NCBI GenBank assembly: GCA_963749445.1
Contig: CAVVMJ010000008.1
Coordinates: 1-63,147, forward strand
DNA from: an uncultured bacterium
Lineage (GTDB): Bacteria > Patescibacteriota > Doudnabacteria > UBA920
DNA: 63,147 nt
Direction: 5' to 3'
The position numbers and the translations under genes are program-made. Shown here piece after piece: positions 1-9,842 of the stretch (position 1 is its first letter; each line of letters opens with the position of its first letter). The notes below the pieces were generated by a model. The model saw nothing but the letters and a program-made list of their open reading frames with translations, made no database searches and was not told where the DNA came from.

Positions 1-385
1 CGGGGTTGTAATTTCATGACAACAATGCAAAATAGGGCGGATAGAGCATATTAAGGTTATCTTGAAATAACTTATCCACAAGTGGCATGGCTAAATTTAT
101 GTTTTGATTTTTTATTTGCGTAGTTTTTTATGGGAATGGCAAGGTACTAAAAGATAGGCAAAAATCTGTGAGGTTATCTTTGTTCGCTCCCGCATAAATG
201 CGGCTCTTGGTAGACCCGTAAGCCAGCGTTGCTTTTAACCGCACAAGGCGGGGTTATTGCACAGTGCTGTTTTAGTCAAAAAGGCTAAAAATACCAAATC
301 TCGCCATTCCTATAATACTATAACAAAATTTTCTGAAAATTAAAATCGCGCCGGGGCTAATGTTATAAAATTTAGATGAATATTA

Positions 386-418
386 AACAGCGCAGGATCC
401 TCCAGGTCCTACGCTGTT
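386..418 (-). terminator. stem-loop 3' of minus-strand ORF 452..919
   Basis: AACAGCG / CGCTGTT outer arms with an inner AGGAyC/GGTCCT pairing. An A/T-rich tract follows on the minus strand. Confidence 0.4.
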
Positions 419-451
419 CATGTTATGCGCAACTTGCGCGTGATTGTAGAT

Positions 452-919
452 TCAGTCGAGCCACCGGTGGCCGTTTTCGGGCCCGCCAGAAGGCGGGAAC
501 TCCAATCCGCCGAACGTGACGGACTTGGCCTGGCCGGCGCCGTTGGTAACAGCGTTCTGGTGCAGCGCTTCAAAGGCCTGCCACGACTCCTCCGAATCCG
601 GACGAGTATCGGGAGAGGCTACTTGTGCCGCGCTGCCGTTACCAATACCGACTTCAAATGCGTCTGGCAGGTGCGGTTGACTCCTCATGGCTCTCCTTCT
701 TTTATGCCATTGCGAGTGGTGTTTAAACCGGTGGCCATACATCGGCGACCGGCCGGTTTGGACTTGAAGCTGAACGGTCTTTAGAACGACTAAACTGTTG
801 TCGTCCGGCACCATCAGCCTCCAGCCCGATTGCGAGCGGTCTCTAACAACTATTTGGTCTTCGGGTACCGGCGGCGGAACCTCAAAGTGGTCCTTGGACA
901 GTTTGAGGCTTATCTGCAC
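452..919 (-). CDS. hypothetical protein (155 aa)
   Basis: Longest ORF in a visibly GC-richer block (~400-1310). No motif recognised. An antisense ORF of similar size exists, so the strand is uncertain. Confidence 0.3.
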   Translation of the reverse strand: MQISLKLSKDHFEVPPPVPEDQIVVRDRSQSGWRLMVPDDNSLVVLKTVQLQVQTGRSPMYGHRFKHHSQWHKRRRAMRSQPHLPDAFEVGIGNGSAAQVASPDTRPDSEESWQAFEALHQNAVTNGAGQAKSVTFGGLEFPPSGGPENGHRWLD

Positions 920-936
920 GACTTGCCTCCTTATGT

Positions 937-1305
937 TTAGTCCACCTCAAAGGATCGGCGGGCCAGTTGGCGTTCGATTATACCGTGAAGGTTGATCGGC
1001 GGTTCATAGTCCTCGGTATTGAACTGGCCGACGCTTTCCACCATCTCGGTGTGATCAAGCAAATCGCGAGCCTGTCCGCGGCTGGTAACCACCAACAGTT
1101 TGACGGGCTGGCCGTTCAGGGTGACGCCTGGGACGGCGACGACTTGGCCGAACAGGCCTCCATTGTCGTAGCTTTGGATCAGCGCGACAGCGCGGCTATC
1201 CTTGGCTTTGTGGGCCGGATTCATGCAATCCGGTTGCCAGTCTTCGGGTAGCAGGCAAGCCCGCTCCGGAATCCTGACGCGTGCTCTTTTGGCTGCATTC
1301 TGCAT
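937..1305 (-). CDS. hypothetical protein (122 aa)
   Basis: Clean ORF with AGGAGG (1318..1323, minus strand) upstream of the ATG. No family recognised. Confidence 0.4.
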   Translation of the reverse strand: MQNAAKRARVRIPERACLLPEDWQPDCMNPAHKAKDSRAVALIQSYDNGGLFGQVVAVPGVTLNGQPVKLLVVTSRGQARDLLDHTEMVESVGQFNTEDYEPPINLHGIIERQLARRSFEVD

Positions 1306-1522
1306 CTACTTTTACTTCCTCCTGCGTGAATGGAATTACATACAGCGAATCGGATACAAAAATCTATGTCCGAGTCGCTGTATGCATTAAGAACAAAATC
1401 AAAATACAAATTATTATAGCCACGGCTATAACAGCCCATTTTACGCTCTTTTTGCGGTTTTGTCCAGCGGTTTGGGTTACAAGTAAATGGTTGTAATCGC
1501 GTTGGTTTTCGGGCATGGAAAA

Positions 1523-1855
1523 TTATTTTTCAGAAGGTATTATTATTGCAACTTCAATCACCGTACTTTTGTTTTTCCCCACGGCCAAACCGGCAGGGAT
1601 TGCAGTCACTTTGGCCTGAACGGTTCCCTGTTCGCTTTCAAGGCTGATGGTTTCGCCAATGCTAAGGGGCTGTCCGTAAAGGTGTTTCTTCAAAGTTCCC
1701 TTGCCGTTATTTTTCCGCAAACTTTCAAGTTCGTTATTGCTTATCAAGATGGCGCGGATTTTCCCGCCCTCGGCAGAAACTTTTAAATGTCTGTCTTCCA
1801 AAGGATTGGAAGAGCCGCCAAAACTGCCGCGTTCAAAACCTTTTGGTCTTGCCAT
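1523..1855 (-). CDS. hypothetical protein (110 aa)
   Basis: Clean ORF directly downstream of a small acidic ORF. No motif recognised. Confidence 0.45.
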   Translation of the reverse strand: MARPKGFERGSFGGSSNPLEDRHLKVSAEGGKIRAILISNNELESLRKNNGKGTLKKHLYGQPLSIGETISLESEQGTVQAKVTAIPAGLAVGKNKSTVIEVAIIIPSEK

Positions 1856-1867
1856 AAAATAATTAAA

Positions 1868-2023
1868 TTACAAATCTAATTCGTTAATATCAATCCCCAA
1901 ATTTTCTATCCGTTCCAAAGCCTCGTCCGCGTCGCCATTGTTAATTTGCTCGGCCAGCTCTTCCTTTAAGCCGTCTTCATCCAACTCCATTCTTATTTCG
2001 TCTTCTAAATCATCAAGCGGCAT
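1868..2023 (-). CDS. small acidic protein (51 aa, MPLDDLEDEIRMELDEDG...)
   Basis: ATG..TAA ORF below the track cutoff, 12 nt upstream of ORF 1523..1855. A possible two-gene pair. Confidence 0.3.
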   Translation of the reverse strand: MPLDDLEDEIRMELDEDGLKEELAEQINNGDADEALERIENLGIDINELDL

Positions 2024-2025
2024 AT

Positions 2026-3506
2026 TTATGCATTAGAGGCAGAAACTTTATTGTCATTTCTACCATCAATCAAAATAATGTTTTCTTTACCAGTTAGTTC
2101 AGTCCTGTTTAAAATATCGGTAACTCTTTTATGCTCTTCTTCCGTAAAATAAATAATTACTTTAAAAGATGATGTTGTTTTATTGGCTTTTTGATAAATC
2201 TCAACTTGCTTCTGTAAATTCTGTTCAAGTTTTTTATTGCTTGCCAACTTAAATTCCACCAATGTTTTATCCGCACTCCCTTTTGAAACCTTGAAATCAA
2301 CTGGCCCTCTACCATTATTAACTTCCCGATTAATATCAAAAGTGCTTGACTCATGGCATACCAAGGCCAAAAAGCAACTGCAAATCTTTCTCGCCTTTTA
2401 TTCTTTCCGCCATTGTGATAAAAAAGCCTGTAGCCATCATTGTTCTCAATATATTCTTTTAAAATTTCAATTTTCTTTTTTGCTTCTTCATTGCTGTTTT
2501 TTGCTGGGGCATAAAAATTTTTATTTTGTAGTCCTGCAACAAACTGTTGAACATTGCTTATATAGAATTTTTGAGAAAAAATGACTTTTTCGGCGCTGAT
2601 GTTTTCCGCAAGATCACCGCTTTCTTCTTTAGATTTAATGTAGTAGTCAATCAATCTGTGGAAATCTCTGGATGGTGGCAAAAGCGGCAAGGGCTTTTTC
2701 TTGTTTTGTCGGTTCTTTTTCTTTCTTCGGGTCTTTTGGAATTTGGCTCAAAAAATAATTGTTTATTTTGAAGCGTAATTCGTCATCAGCTATAGCATTA
2801 GGTATTCTTTCAAAATCTTCAAATAAATCTTTTTTGTTTATCCAAGTTTCGTCTTTTGTTAATAATTCTTTGGGCGTTAAAATAACAAAATCGTTTTTAA
2901 ATTTAGGTAAATCAAAAGTCATTTCTTCCCACGTTTCGGTTTCGTAATTAAATCGAGCCCGGGGAACTCTAAACTTTGTCTCTTAAATTTTCGTTTAATA
3001 TACTTTTGGCAAAAGTTTGGGTGTAATCAAGTAAAAATTCTTTGATGAGATTGGTTGCAAAATCGCTAATGTTATCTTTACCAACACCGTCTTTAATCAG
3101 ACAAAGTTTTTCTAAATGGCTTCCTTTAGTAATCTTTTCCTCTCCAAATTCACTAAAAATTTTGTGTAAATTTTCGTTCAAAGCTCTTCCAAAATCCAAA
3201 CCAAGCGCGCTTCCTTTATTACTAGTGGCAGAAAAGCCCAGCCAGTTTTGTTCAACCTCCTTAAAAATATACCATGCTTTTAGCGCACCCTTATCTATCG
3301 TTTGCGATGTAGATTTCTCTTTCAGAAATACCAGATATTTGATTATGTCATCGTGCAATTGCTTGATATTTTTTCTTTTTGCTATTGAATAATAAAAATG
3401 GGTCAATAAAAAGTGGTAAATCAGCCACTAAAGAAATATTAAAAGCCCCATATGTTTGCAGGTCTGTTTCTCTTACTTTAAAATGGTCCGAAAAATATAA
3501 ATCCAT
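2026..3506 (-). CDS. ~490-aa protein with C-terminal PD-(D/E)xK-like nuclease core; reading frame interrupted about 4 times
   Basis: Minus-strand ORF pieces starting at ATG 3506, then 3406-2969, 2922-2647, 2690-2157 and 2370-2026, read as one protein. The C-terminus has GRGPVDF...VEFKL. Breaks lie at A-rich runs (~3375, ~2965, ~2660, ~2370). Confidence 0.5.
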
Positions 3507-3635
3507 AAAACTCTTACATAATTTATGAATGGTTGCAGGGCTATTTTAGACCAAAGCTCCCTAACTATGATTTAATTATAACACTAAAATATGCTAATGA
3601 AAGGGCCAGAGTAGATAATCTACTCTGGCATCTTT

Positions 3636-3992
3636 TTAATGGAAATCACACCCGTTAACCGGGCATTTCCAATTGGTATTCTTTGGGCAAGCGGGATGAA
3701 CTTTGTTATCTAATAGTCTGTCTTCTCCAAAATCGTGGTAAAGAGTGCATTCCTTTTCGTATGCTTGTTTTGCCGTAGGGTAATATCCCGCTTTAAAGTA
3801 GTCATATTCACCTACCCAATCATGTAGACGCTCGTTCAGATTGTTGTCGGAACGACCCACATACTTAACTATAAAAGTACCATCGGTTTTTAGGCGACCC
3901 AGAGCATATGATCCTGGGCTTATTTTTTTGACACTACTGTCGATGTCGTCATCGGTTAAGCCGATGGCACTACCAAAACCTGTTTTTGGCAT
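3636..3992 (-). CDS. GIY-YIG-like nuclease domain protein (118 aa)
   Basis: The spacing GSYALG-(11 aa)-KYVGRS, NERL, YEKEC, DNK fits the GIY-YIG motif set. A Cys/His cluster sits at the C-terminus. Confidence 0.5.
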   Translation of the reverse strand: MPKTGFGSAIGLTDDDIDSSVKKISPGSYALGRLKTDGTFIVKYVGRSDNNLNERLHDWVGEYDYFKAGYYPTAKQAYEKECTLYHDFGEDRLLDNKVHPACPKNTNWKCPVNGCDFH

Positions 3993-4050
3993 GGACTTCC
4001 TTTCTCAAACTTTTCAGTTTGTTAATTATTAAAAATTTTAGCCTGCACGA

Positions 4051-4353
4051 CTACGCAGATCTTGATTTTTTTATTTCAGTTTTCGGAACCGGCAACTGCG
4101 TTTCAAAATCAACATCACTTCTCTCCCGTCCTTTGGCATTAAAAATTAAACTTTTTATAGCGCAAGCAATATCTTGTGCCTGCTGGTCAAAGAAGCCCGG
4201 TAATCGCAAAGATAGTCTCACGGACATTTCATAAACTGCAATAAGGCCATTTGCCTCAACCTTTTTTTCTCGCTTGCGGAAAAAATAGTCAATAACTCCC
4301 CAAGTTACAAAAACTATGTTGGCTATATAAGAGAACACATCAATTGTAGACAT
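4051..4353 (-). CDS. hypothetical membrane-anchored protein (100 aa)
   Basis: ORF from ATG 4353 with one N-terminal hydrophobic helix (VFSYIANIVFVTWGVIDYFF). Confidence 0.4.
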   Translation of the reverse strand: MSTIDVFSYIANIVFVTWGVIDYFFRKREKKVEANGLIAVYEMSVRLSLRLPGFFDQQAQDIACAIKSLIFNAKGRERSDVDFETQLPVPKTEIKKSRSA

Positions 4354-4502
4354 ATTGTTTATTATTTTGATTTCGGTTTTGCCGAAAAAAATTAGTTGAT
4401 AAAATTTTTTAAATAGTGTAAAATACAAATACAAAAGCACTAATCTGCTTTCAGCAAACGGATCATCTTGACTTTAGCGGGTCGGTGATCTTGTTTTGCT
4501 TT

Positions 4503-4880
4503 TTAGAGTTCTTTTTCTTTGGGGTCAATTACAAATATTTTTCCAAACTTTTCATCTTCAACATCCTTAGCTTTATATTTTCCTGCGTATTTGTCTGCGC
4601 TAATAGTATACCTGTCCATAAAGGATTTCGCGGCCAAATATGCGCCGCCATCCTTTGGTCTTACATTCAGTTTAAAACTGCCTTCCTGCTGTGCTTCTAA
4701 CAGTCTAATGCCTATTGCGCCGCTAACTTGGTCATAGTATAACTTGGCCGCTTTATACTGTTCAAGCTTATACTTGCGGTGAAAACCTGAACTTAACCCG
4801 ATACCGCCGGTTTTTGCAATTGTGATTGTTGGAGAGAACCTAGAACCAACCAAATTAAACTCCTCAAAGTTGTAGGGCAT
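4503..4880 (-). CDS. hypothetical protein (125 aa)
   Basis: Uninterrupted ORF. No motif recognised. Confidence 0.45.
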   Translation of the reverse strand: MPYNFEEFNLVGSRFSPTITIAKTGGIGLSSGFHRKYKLEQYKAAKLYYDQVSGAIGIRLLEAQQEGSFKLNVRPKDGGAYLAAKSFMDRYTISADKYAGKYKAKDVEDEKFGKIFVIDPKEKEL

Positions 4881-4971
4881 ATTGTTTTTCCTTTCTATCT
4901 GATATTAGCTCATTCTAGGTTTTTTGTCAAATTCTGCCACAGCTTTTACTTACTATCAAAAAAGCCTATTT

Positions 4972-7736
4972 TTATAGGCTTTTTTGATTGGCATTCTTAC
5001 TTGGACGTTTATTCAGTTTATCCGGTATGTTTAGTTTGCTATACAGTTCAAACAAAAATTCCAGCCTCTCGGCATCAGAGGCAAAGACTTTTCGGGTATA
5101 AATGGAGTCCACGACGCGATCCAGGCCTTGATGGGCTTTTACCAAGTCCGGCGGCATTGTTAAAGTATCATAAAGGTCAGCCAGGGAACTACTTGGATAC
5201 TTTTTTCGGACATCCAAAACCTCCTGCGCCGCCTGTTCTACGGCCTTGATTTTATCGGCGGCAGGTTTCTCGGGCCAAGGAAAATTATTGTAGACAATGT
5301 CTTTAGAATAACGAAAATCACTTTTTAATCTACCGCAAACCTGTCTTACCCAAGCCATATGCATCTCGCTTTCCAAAACGCCAAAGTGATAAAGGGTTGC
5401 ATCGGGAATGGCGTGGCAACTGTTACTGATAATAAAATCTTTTGGCATAAAGCCCATTGGAATATACTTGCGATTTTCCGATGATGTGCTTGGAATTAGA
5501 ATATAATCCGCATCAGGTTGCGTTCGTTGGGCAAATAAGCCAGAGGTTTTGGCAAAATCGCGGGTAGATTTAGCTTTACTGGCCAAACGAAATTGTTTGA
5601 CTTGTTCAATTCGTTTTATTACTTCCGGCAACTTTTGCAACTCATCCGGCTGCGCATCAACCAGCCACAAACACCAACGCTTCTTGTTGTGCAGAAAATC
5701 CTGCGCTCCAATAAACCGCTTGATAAATTTTTTTGCGTCAGGTTCTATTTTCAAAAATTCTTCTTTCTCTACATCAGTAAACAAGAAATGTCCGCCGTCG
5801 CGTGGCATATTGCCAAAGGAAATTTCTGGCACATCACATATCGCTTTTTGGCGATTGCGGATAACAATATCGTCTGCGTCAACCAAATAAGGGTTAATAT
5901 TCTTTGCCTGGACTTCGTGCGGTTCGCCAGTAATATCAGCGTATTCGTAAATTTTCTTTTTTTCCGCGTCAAAAGCCGCGAAACCGATAATTACGCAATA
6001 AACCGCGGCCTTACCGCGAGCTTCGTTGCTCCATTTAAAAGTTCTATGGGCAAAATGGATTTTTATGTTAAACTTTTGCATCAACAGATTCCACAATATA
6101 CCGGCCTGTTCGCCTTGGGTAATAGAATTGGTGGAAACAAAAGCGCATTTTATTTTGGTACCTTGAATATATTGAGTAGCTTTATAATACCAAGCCGTGA
6201 CGTAATCCAAAAATCCGACTTCCCGGAGTTTGCCAAAAACCGACAGCATATCCTCTTTTTTGATCCGGCTCCATCAGACGGGATCCAACAAACGGCGGAT
6301 TGCCGAGAATGTATGATAAATTCGGTCTCTGAAATTATAGTTTCCCAATCAGACGTTAAAGCATTGCCAATCGTAATGTGTGCCGCCTTGTCCAACGGCA
6401 AGCGGACAAAGTACTGACCCAAAGCTTTCGAGGCGTTTTGATTCATTTGGTGGTCAACCAGCCACATAGCTGTTTCGGCAATACGGCCGGCAAACTCTCC
6501 TATTTCTATTCCGTAGAACTGTTCGGGACTGACGTGCGTTATGGTTTGTATATTGAATTTTAGTATCGTTTTTCCTGGACCATACAGCAATTTTAAAATT
6601 TCCAATTCCAAAAGACGTAATTCACGATAAGCTATAACTAGAAAGTTTCCGCAACCGCAGGCTGGGTCTAAAAATTTTAGGTTAGCGATTTTTTTTTGAA
6701 AAATCTGGAGCTTTTGATTATTGTATTTTACGGTTTCAAACTCTGCCCATAGTTCATCTAAAAATAAAGGCTTGATAAGCTTAAGGATGTTGATTTCCGA
6801 AGTATAATGCGCTCCCAAAGCCCTGCGCTCTTTTTTGTCCATAACGCCCTGGAACATAGAGCCAAAAATAGCAGGAGAAATGCCAGACCAATCAAATTTA
6901 CAACATTCTAACAGTGCCCTGCGCATAGCGCTATTAAAAGAAACTACCGGTAATGTTTCGGCAAATAGGCCGCCGTTAACATAAGGGAATTTAACCAATT
7001 CCTCATCCAAAGTTTTCTGCCGTTTCTCGTCCGGGGTATTTAGCACTTGAAAAAGCATGGACAGAAGCGAACCCATATCCGAGCCGTCCTCTTTAGACTT
7101 CCATTCCACATAATTCCAAAACTGTTCCTTAATAGAAAAAATGCCGGTATCGTCAGCAAACAAACAAAATAAAACGCGCACCAAAAATACTTCCAGTTGA
7201 TGGCCGCTGTAACCAATCATAAAAATGGCATCGTGAAGTTCCGCCATTAACTCCGCGGCCTTGATGTTGGCGGGATCTTGCTCGCGGATTTCCTGTTTTT
7301 GGTAACCTGCTATAAAACCAAACAGCTGAACATGTTTTTGCAAATCTTTAAGCTCAAATTCAGTATGCTTGTCTGTTTCTAAATCATAAAATCTGACTTT
7401 TTCAAAATCCGAAACTAAAATGTACTTGGGCAAGTCGCTTTCCGAAAGCCCGGGAAAATAATCCATAGCCTGGGCGTAAGCCTTTTCCAAATTCTTGCCG
7501 CGGGACTTATGCTCAACGATCAGCACGCCGGGCCAGAACAAATCTATAAATCCGCTGTTGCCGCCGCGCTTTTTAACTTCAAACTCAAAGCTGGCTAACC
7601 GTTTGCGGGTCATGCCAAAGACGTTAAAAAAGCCATCCCAAAAAGTTTTAGCTTCGGCGTCTTCGCTAGTCTCATTTTCCCATTCTTTGGAAAATTCAAC
7701 TGCGCGAGTTTTAATTTCATTCCAAGATAATGCCAT
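4972..7736 (-). CDS. MmeI-family Type IIL restriction-modification enzyme (fused nuclease-methyltransferase-TRD); frame interrupted twice
   Basis: N-terminal IDLFWPGVLIVEHKS (D..EXK). SAM motif LDPACGCGNFL. NPPF at 6290..6301 is readable only in the third frame. 921 codons in total. Breaks at ~6310 and at the T6 run 6256..6261. Confidence 0.8.
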
Positions 7737-7919
7737 AATTTGTCTTTAAAATCTGCCCTAATTTTAGCACTTTTTGTTTTAAAAGCCAACAATTTTAAAA
7801 ACCCTATCAATAAAGACAGGGTTTTTGAGTGGCAGAAATTTTACGCGTGGACTGGTTTATGGAGCTTAAACTCCCGGAATTCTTTTTCCAGTTTTTCCAC
7901 CCGATCCCGGACATTTATA

Positions 7920-8120
7920 TTATGACAATTTTTTAAACCATTCGTCCATCCAGACCCGATGGGATTCAAAAGCCTGGTGGGTGTGATCTTTTAGCTCTTT
8001 AGTTTGGGCATCCAGTTGGGATTTTAAACCGCCCTTTGAGACCATACCCGTTTTAATATTCCCTAACTTTTCCAGAATATTGCCGATGCTCTTATCAAAA
8101 TACTCCTTGGTAACTTTCAT
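7920..8120 (-). CDS. small coiled-coil-like hypothetical protein
   Basis: 66-aa ORF from ATG 8120. Another frame continues NINVRDRVEKLEKEFREFK down to 7841, so a frame break near 7920 may truncate it. Confidence 0.35.
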   Translation of the reverse strand: MKVTKEYFDKSIGNILEKLGNIKTGMVSKGGLKSQLDAQTKELKDHTHQAFESHRVWMDEWFKKLS

Positions 8121-8130
8121 AGAAGAAAAT

Positions 8131-8499
8131 TTAACTAACCCTTTCCAGTGTGACCGCGCGATACTTGCAATCAACAGTAGTTTTATAATTGAATTTGGTT
8201 AACAAACCAATACCAGCCAGCGGCAGGCTGTTAGAAATTTGCACAGTTACTAAATTTGTTTCTCCCTCCATTGCCGCTATTGCTAGAGCTGTTTGCATTT
8301 GAACAGTTTGGCCGTTGGCAATTGTAATTGGGGTAACGGCGGTAACTACTAGTCCAAGTTCCTTTGCTATGTTTGGAGTAACTTGCAAGTCGCCGGTAAA
8401 ACCGGTGTCTAAAATAAAAGCCGGATTTTGAACGGCTTGGTTCCAAGCAATTGTTACGCCAATGAACGGCGTATTTTTTACAAATACTCCTTTTAACAT
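8131..8499 (-). CDS. retropepsin-like (clan AA) aspartic protease
   Basis: ILDTGFTGDL active-site-type motif in a 122-aa protein. Confidence 0.65.
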   Translation of the reverse strand: MLKGVFVKNTPFIGVTIAWNQAVQNPAFILDTGFTGDLQVTPNIAKELGLVVTAVTPITIANGQTVQMQTALAIAAMEGETNLVTVQISNSLPLAGIGLLTKFNYKTTVDCKYRAVTLERVS

Positions 8500-8501
8500 T
8501 T

Positions 8502-8780
8502 TTATCTCGCTTCGGATTGGATAAAAGCTTTGGCCATTGTCTCAACAGTATCAAAGCCGATTTTTACCACATAGAAAACCTTGCCCGGATGAGCCTGTCT
8601 GGCCAGCTCCACGGCCTCCGCGCTGGTACTGCCAAGGTAGGTATTTTGGCTGTCTATGTCGATAGCCAAAAATTTACCGTTTTCCTTGGGTTCAAAATTT
8701 ACCTTGATTTTTTGATAAATTTTTTCACCCTCTGCGGCGATCTTTTGGATATCTGCCTGTTTGAGTAAATCTTGGTCCAT
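8502..8780 (-). CDS. small partner protein of the aspartic protease (92 aa)
   Basis: Its stop at 8502 lies 2 nt from the protease start at 8499, so the two are tightly coupled. Family not certain. Confidence 0.5.
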   Translation of the reverse strand: MDQDLLKQADIQKIAAEGEKIYQKIKVNFEPKENGKFLAIDIDSQNTYLGSTSAEAVELARQAHPGKVFYVVKIGFDTVETMAKAFIQSEAR

Positions 8781-9023
8781 ATGCGTTTTGTTATCTTTTG
8801 GCTTTATATTATAGACCTAAGGCGGGCTATTGTCCACCCTGTGGGCTATTTATTTTGGTTTCTTTGATTTTTAACTCTCTAAATCTATTGTCCCACTTTT
8901 TAAAATTCTAGTCAAAAGTGGATAAAGGTGATAAAATGGTTAAGCTAACACCGGAATAAGGGCGGCAAATTGCCTTATTTCCTGCATTAAAAGGTTGTAA
9001 TTTTGCAAACAGTAGTCCACCAA

Positions 9024-9059
9024 AAATTAAAACCCCATAGTATTGGGGTTTTAATTTTT
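9024..9059. terminator. bidirectional stem-loop
   Basis: ATTAAAACCCCA-tagta-TGGGGTTTTAAT, flanked by an A-run and a T-run. Confidence 0.5.
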
Positions 9060-9179
9060 GCCCTGAGCGAGTCCCGCTTAGCGGGCCGAGTCGAAGGGCA
9101 TGGCAAAGTTAAAATTAGTCAATATTTATAGTGTTAAAAAGGTTCAGTCATCGCCCTGGGCAACCTTTTTTGTCCACAG

Positions 9180-9208
9180 TTGGATTTGCTAAATAAATGT
9201 GGTATAAT
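9180..9208 (+). promoter_or_regulatory. sigma70-like promoter of the pilin gene
   Basis: TTGGAT-17 nt-TATAAT with a TGn extended -10. Confidence 0.5.
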
Positions 9209-9227
9209 TTAATGGCACAATAAAAAT

Positions 9228-9749
9228 ATGTCCCGAAACAAAAATTCATTTAAAAATTTACCGAAAAGTGGCGCTGGGTTTACTTTAATTGAGCTTTTGG
9301 TCGTGGTGGCCATTATTTCCTTGTTGTCTTCGGTGGTTCTGATTGCCGTGCAATCGGCGCGGCAAAAGTCCCGCGACGTCAAGCGTTTGGGCGACATCAC
9401 CCAAATGAATACGGCTTTGGAATTGTACTTTAATACCAACCGCGGCTATCCGCAAGGCACCAAAGGTCAGCCTTTGCCATTGGTGCCGCAATCCGTTATC
9501 CAATTGCCGACGGCCCCGGTACCGGCGGACGGCGCCTGTGACGGATTGTACCATGGCAGCGAAGTCACCGTTGACAACGGCAATGTAGCGGTGCCGGCCA
9601 ATAGTTATTATTATATCGCCGAGGGTTCGCCTTTTGTTGACAGCGGCCTCACGCTTTACCCCAGCTATACTTATTATTTTTGTCTGGGCAACCAGACCGG
9701 TGATTATGGCGCCGGCGAGCGGATTTTGACTCCCGGCGGCGTGAGATAG
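9228..9749 (+). CDS. type IV pilin / pseudopilin-like protein
   Basis: Prepilin N-terminal cleavage/methylation motif GFTLIELLVVVAIISLL after a short basic leader. Confidence 0.85.
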   Translation: MSRNKNSFKNLPKSGAGFTLIELLVVVAIISLLSSVVLIAVQSARQKSRDVKRLGDITQMNTALELYFNTNRGYPQGTKGQPLPLVPQSVIQLPTAPVPADGACDGLYHGSEVTVDNGNVAVPANSYYYIAEGSPFVDSGLTLYPSYTYYFCLGNQTGDYGAGERILTPGGVR

Positions 9750-9762
9750 TTTTTTTGACCCG

Positions 9763-9788
9763 CACCCCGCTGATCGCGGGGTGTTTTT
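9763..9788 (+). terminator. intrinsic terminator after the pilin gene
   Basis: CACCCCGC-tgatc-GCGGGGTG followed by TTTTT. Confidence 0.7.
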
Positions 9789-9806
9789 ATATTTGTAAAA
9801 TCAGGC

Positions 9807-9835
9807 GGGACAAGTTTTTCCCTAACGGCTATAAT
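9807..9835 (+). promoter_or_regulatory. candidate promoter (possibly leaderless mRNA)
   Basis: GGGACA-17 nt-TATAAT. The -10 ends 7 nt before the ATG at 9843. Confidence 0.35.
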
Positions 9836-9842
9836 ATCAGAT

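Noticed and set aside
1-385. The ORF-free first 385 nt were considered as tmRNA, a retron msr/msd, or a group II intron end. The region starts GGGGTTG and contains several small hairpins.
   Set aside because: There is no tRNA-like 3' end, no tag-peptide frame, no adjacent reverse transcriptase and no domain V-like motif. The region is cut by the window edge, so nothing can be supported.
5593-6417. The 274-aa plus-strand ORF antisense to the MmeI-like gene was examined. So were similar long antisense ORFs: 14357-14788, 35162-35779, 41135-41653, 49381-50094, 12575-12949 and 21143-21806.
   Set aside because: These are shadow ORFs opposite strongly supported genes. Their translations are low-complexity (Arg/Gly/Ala-rich or Phe/Ile/Lys-rich) with no motifs.
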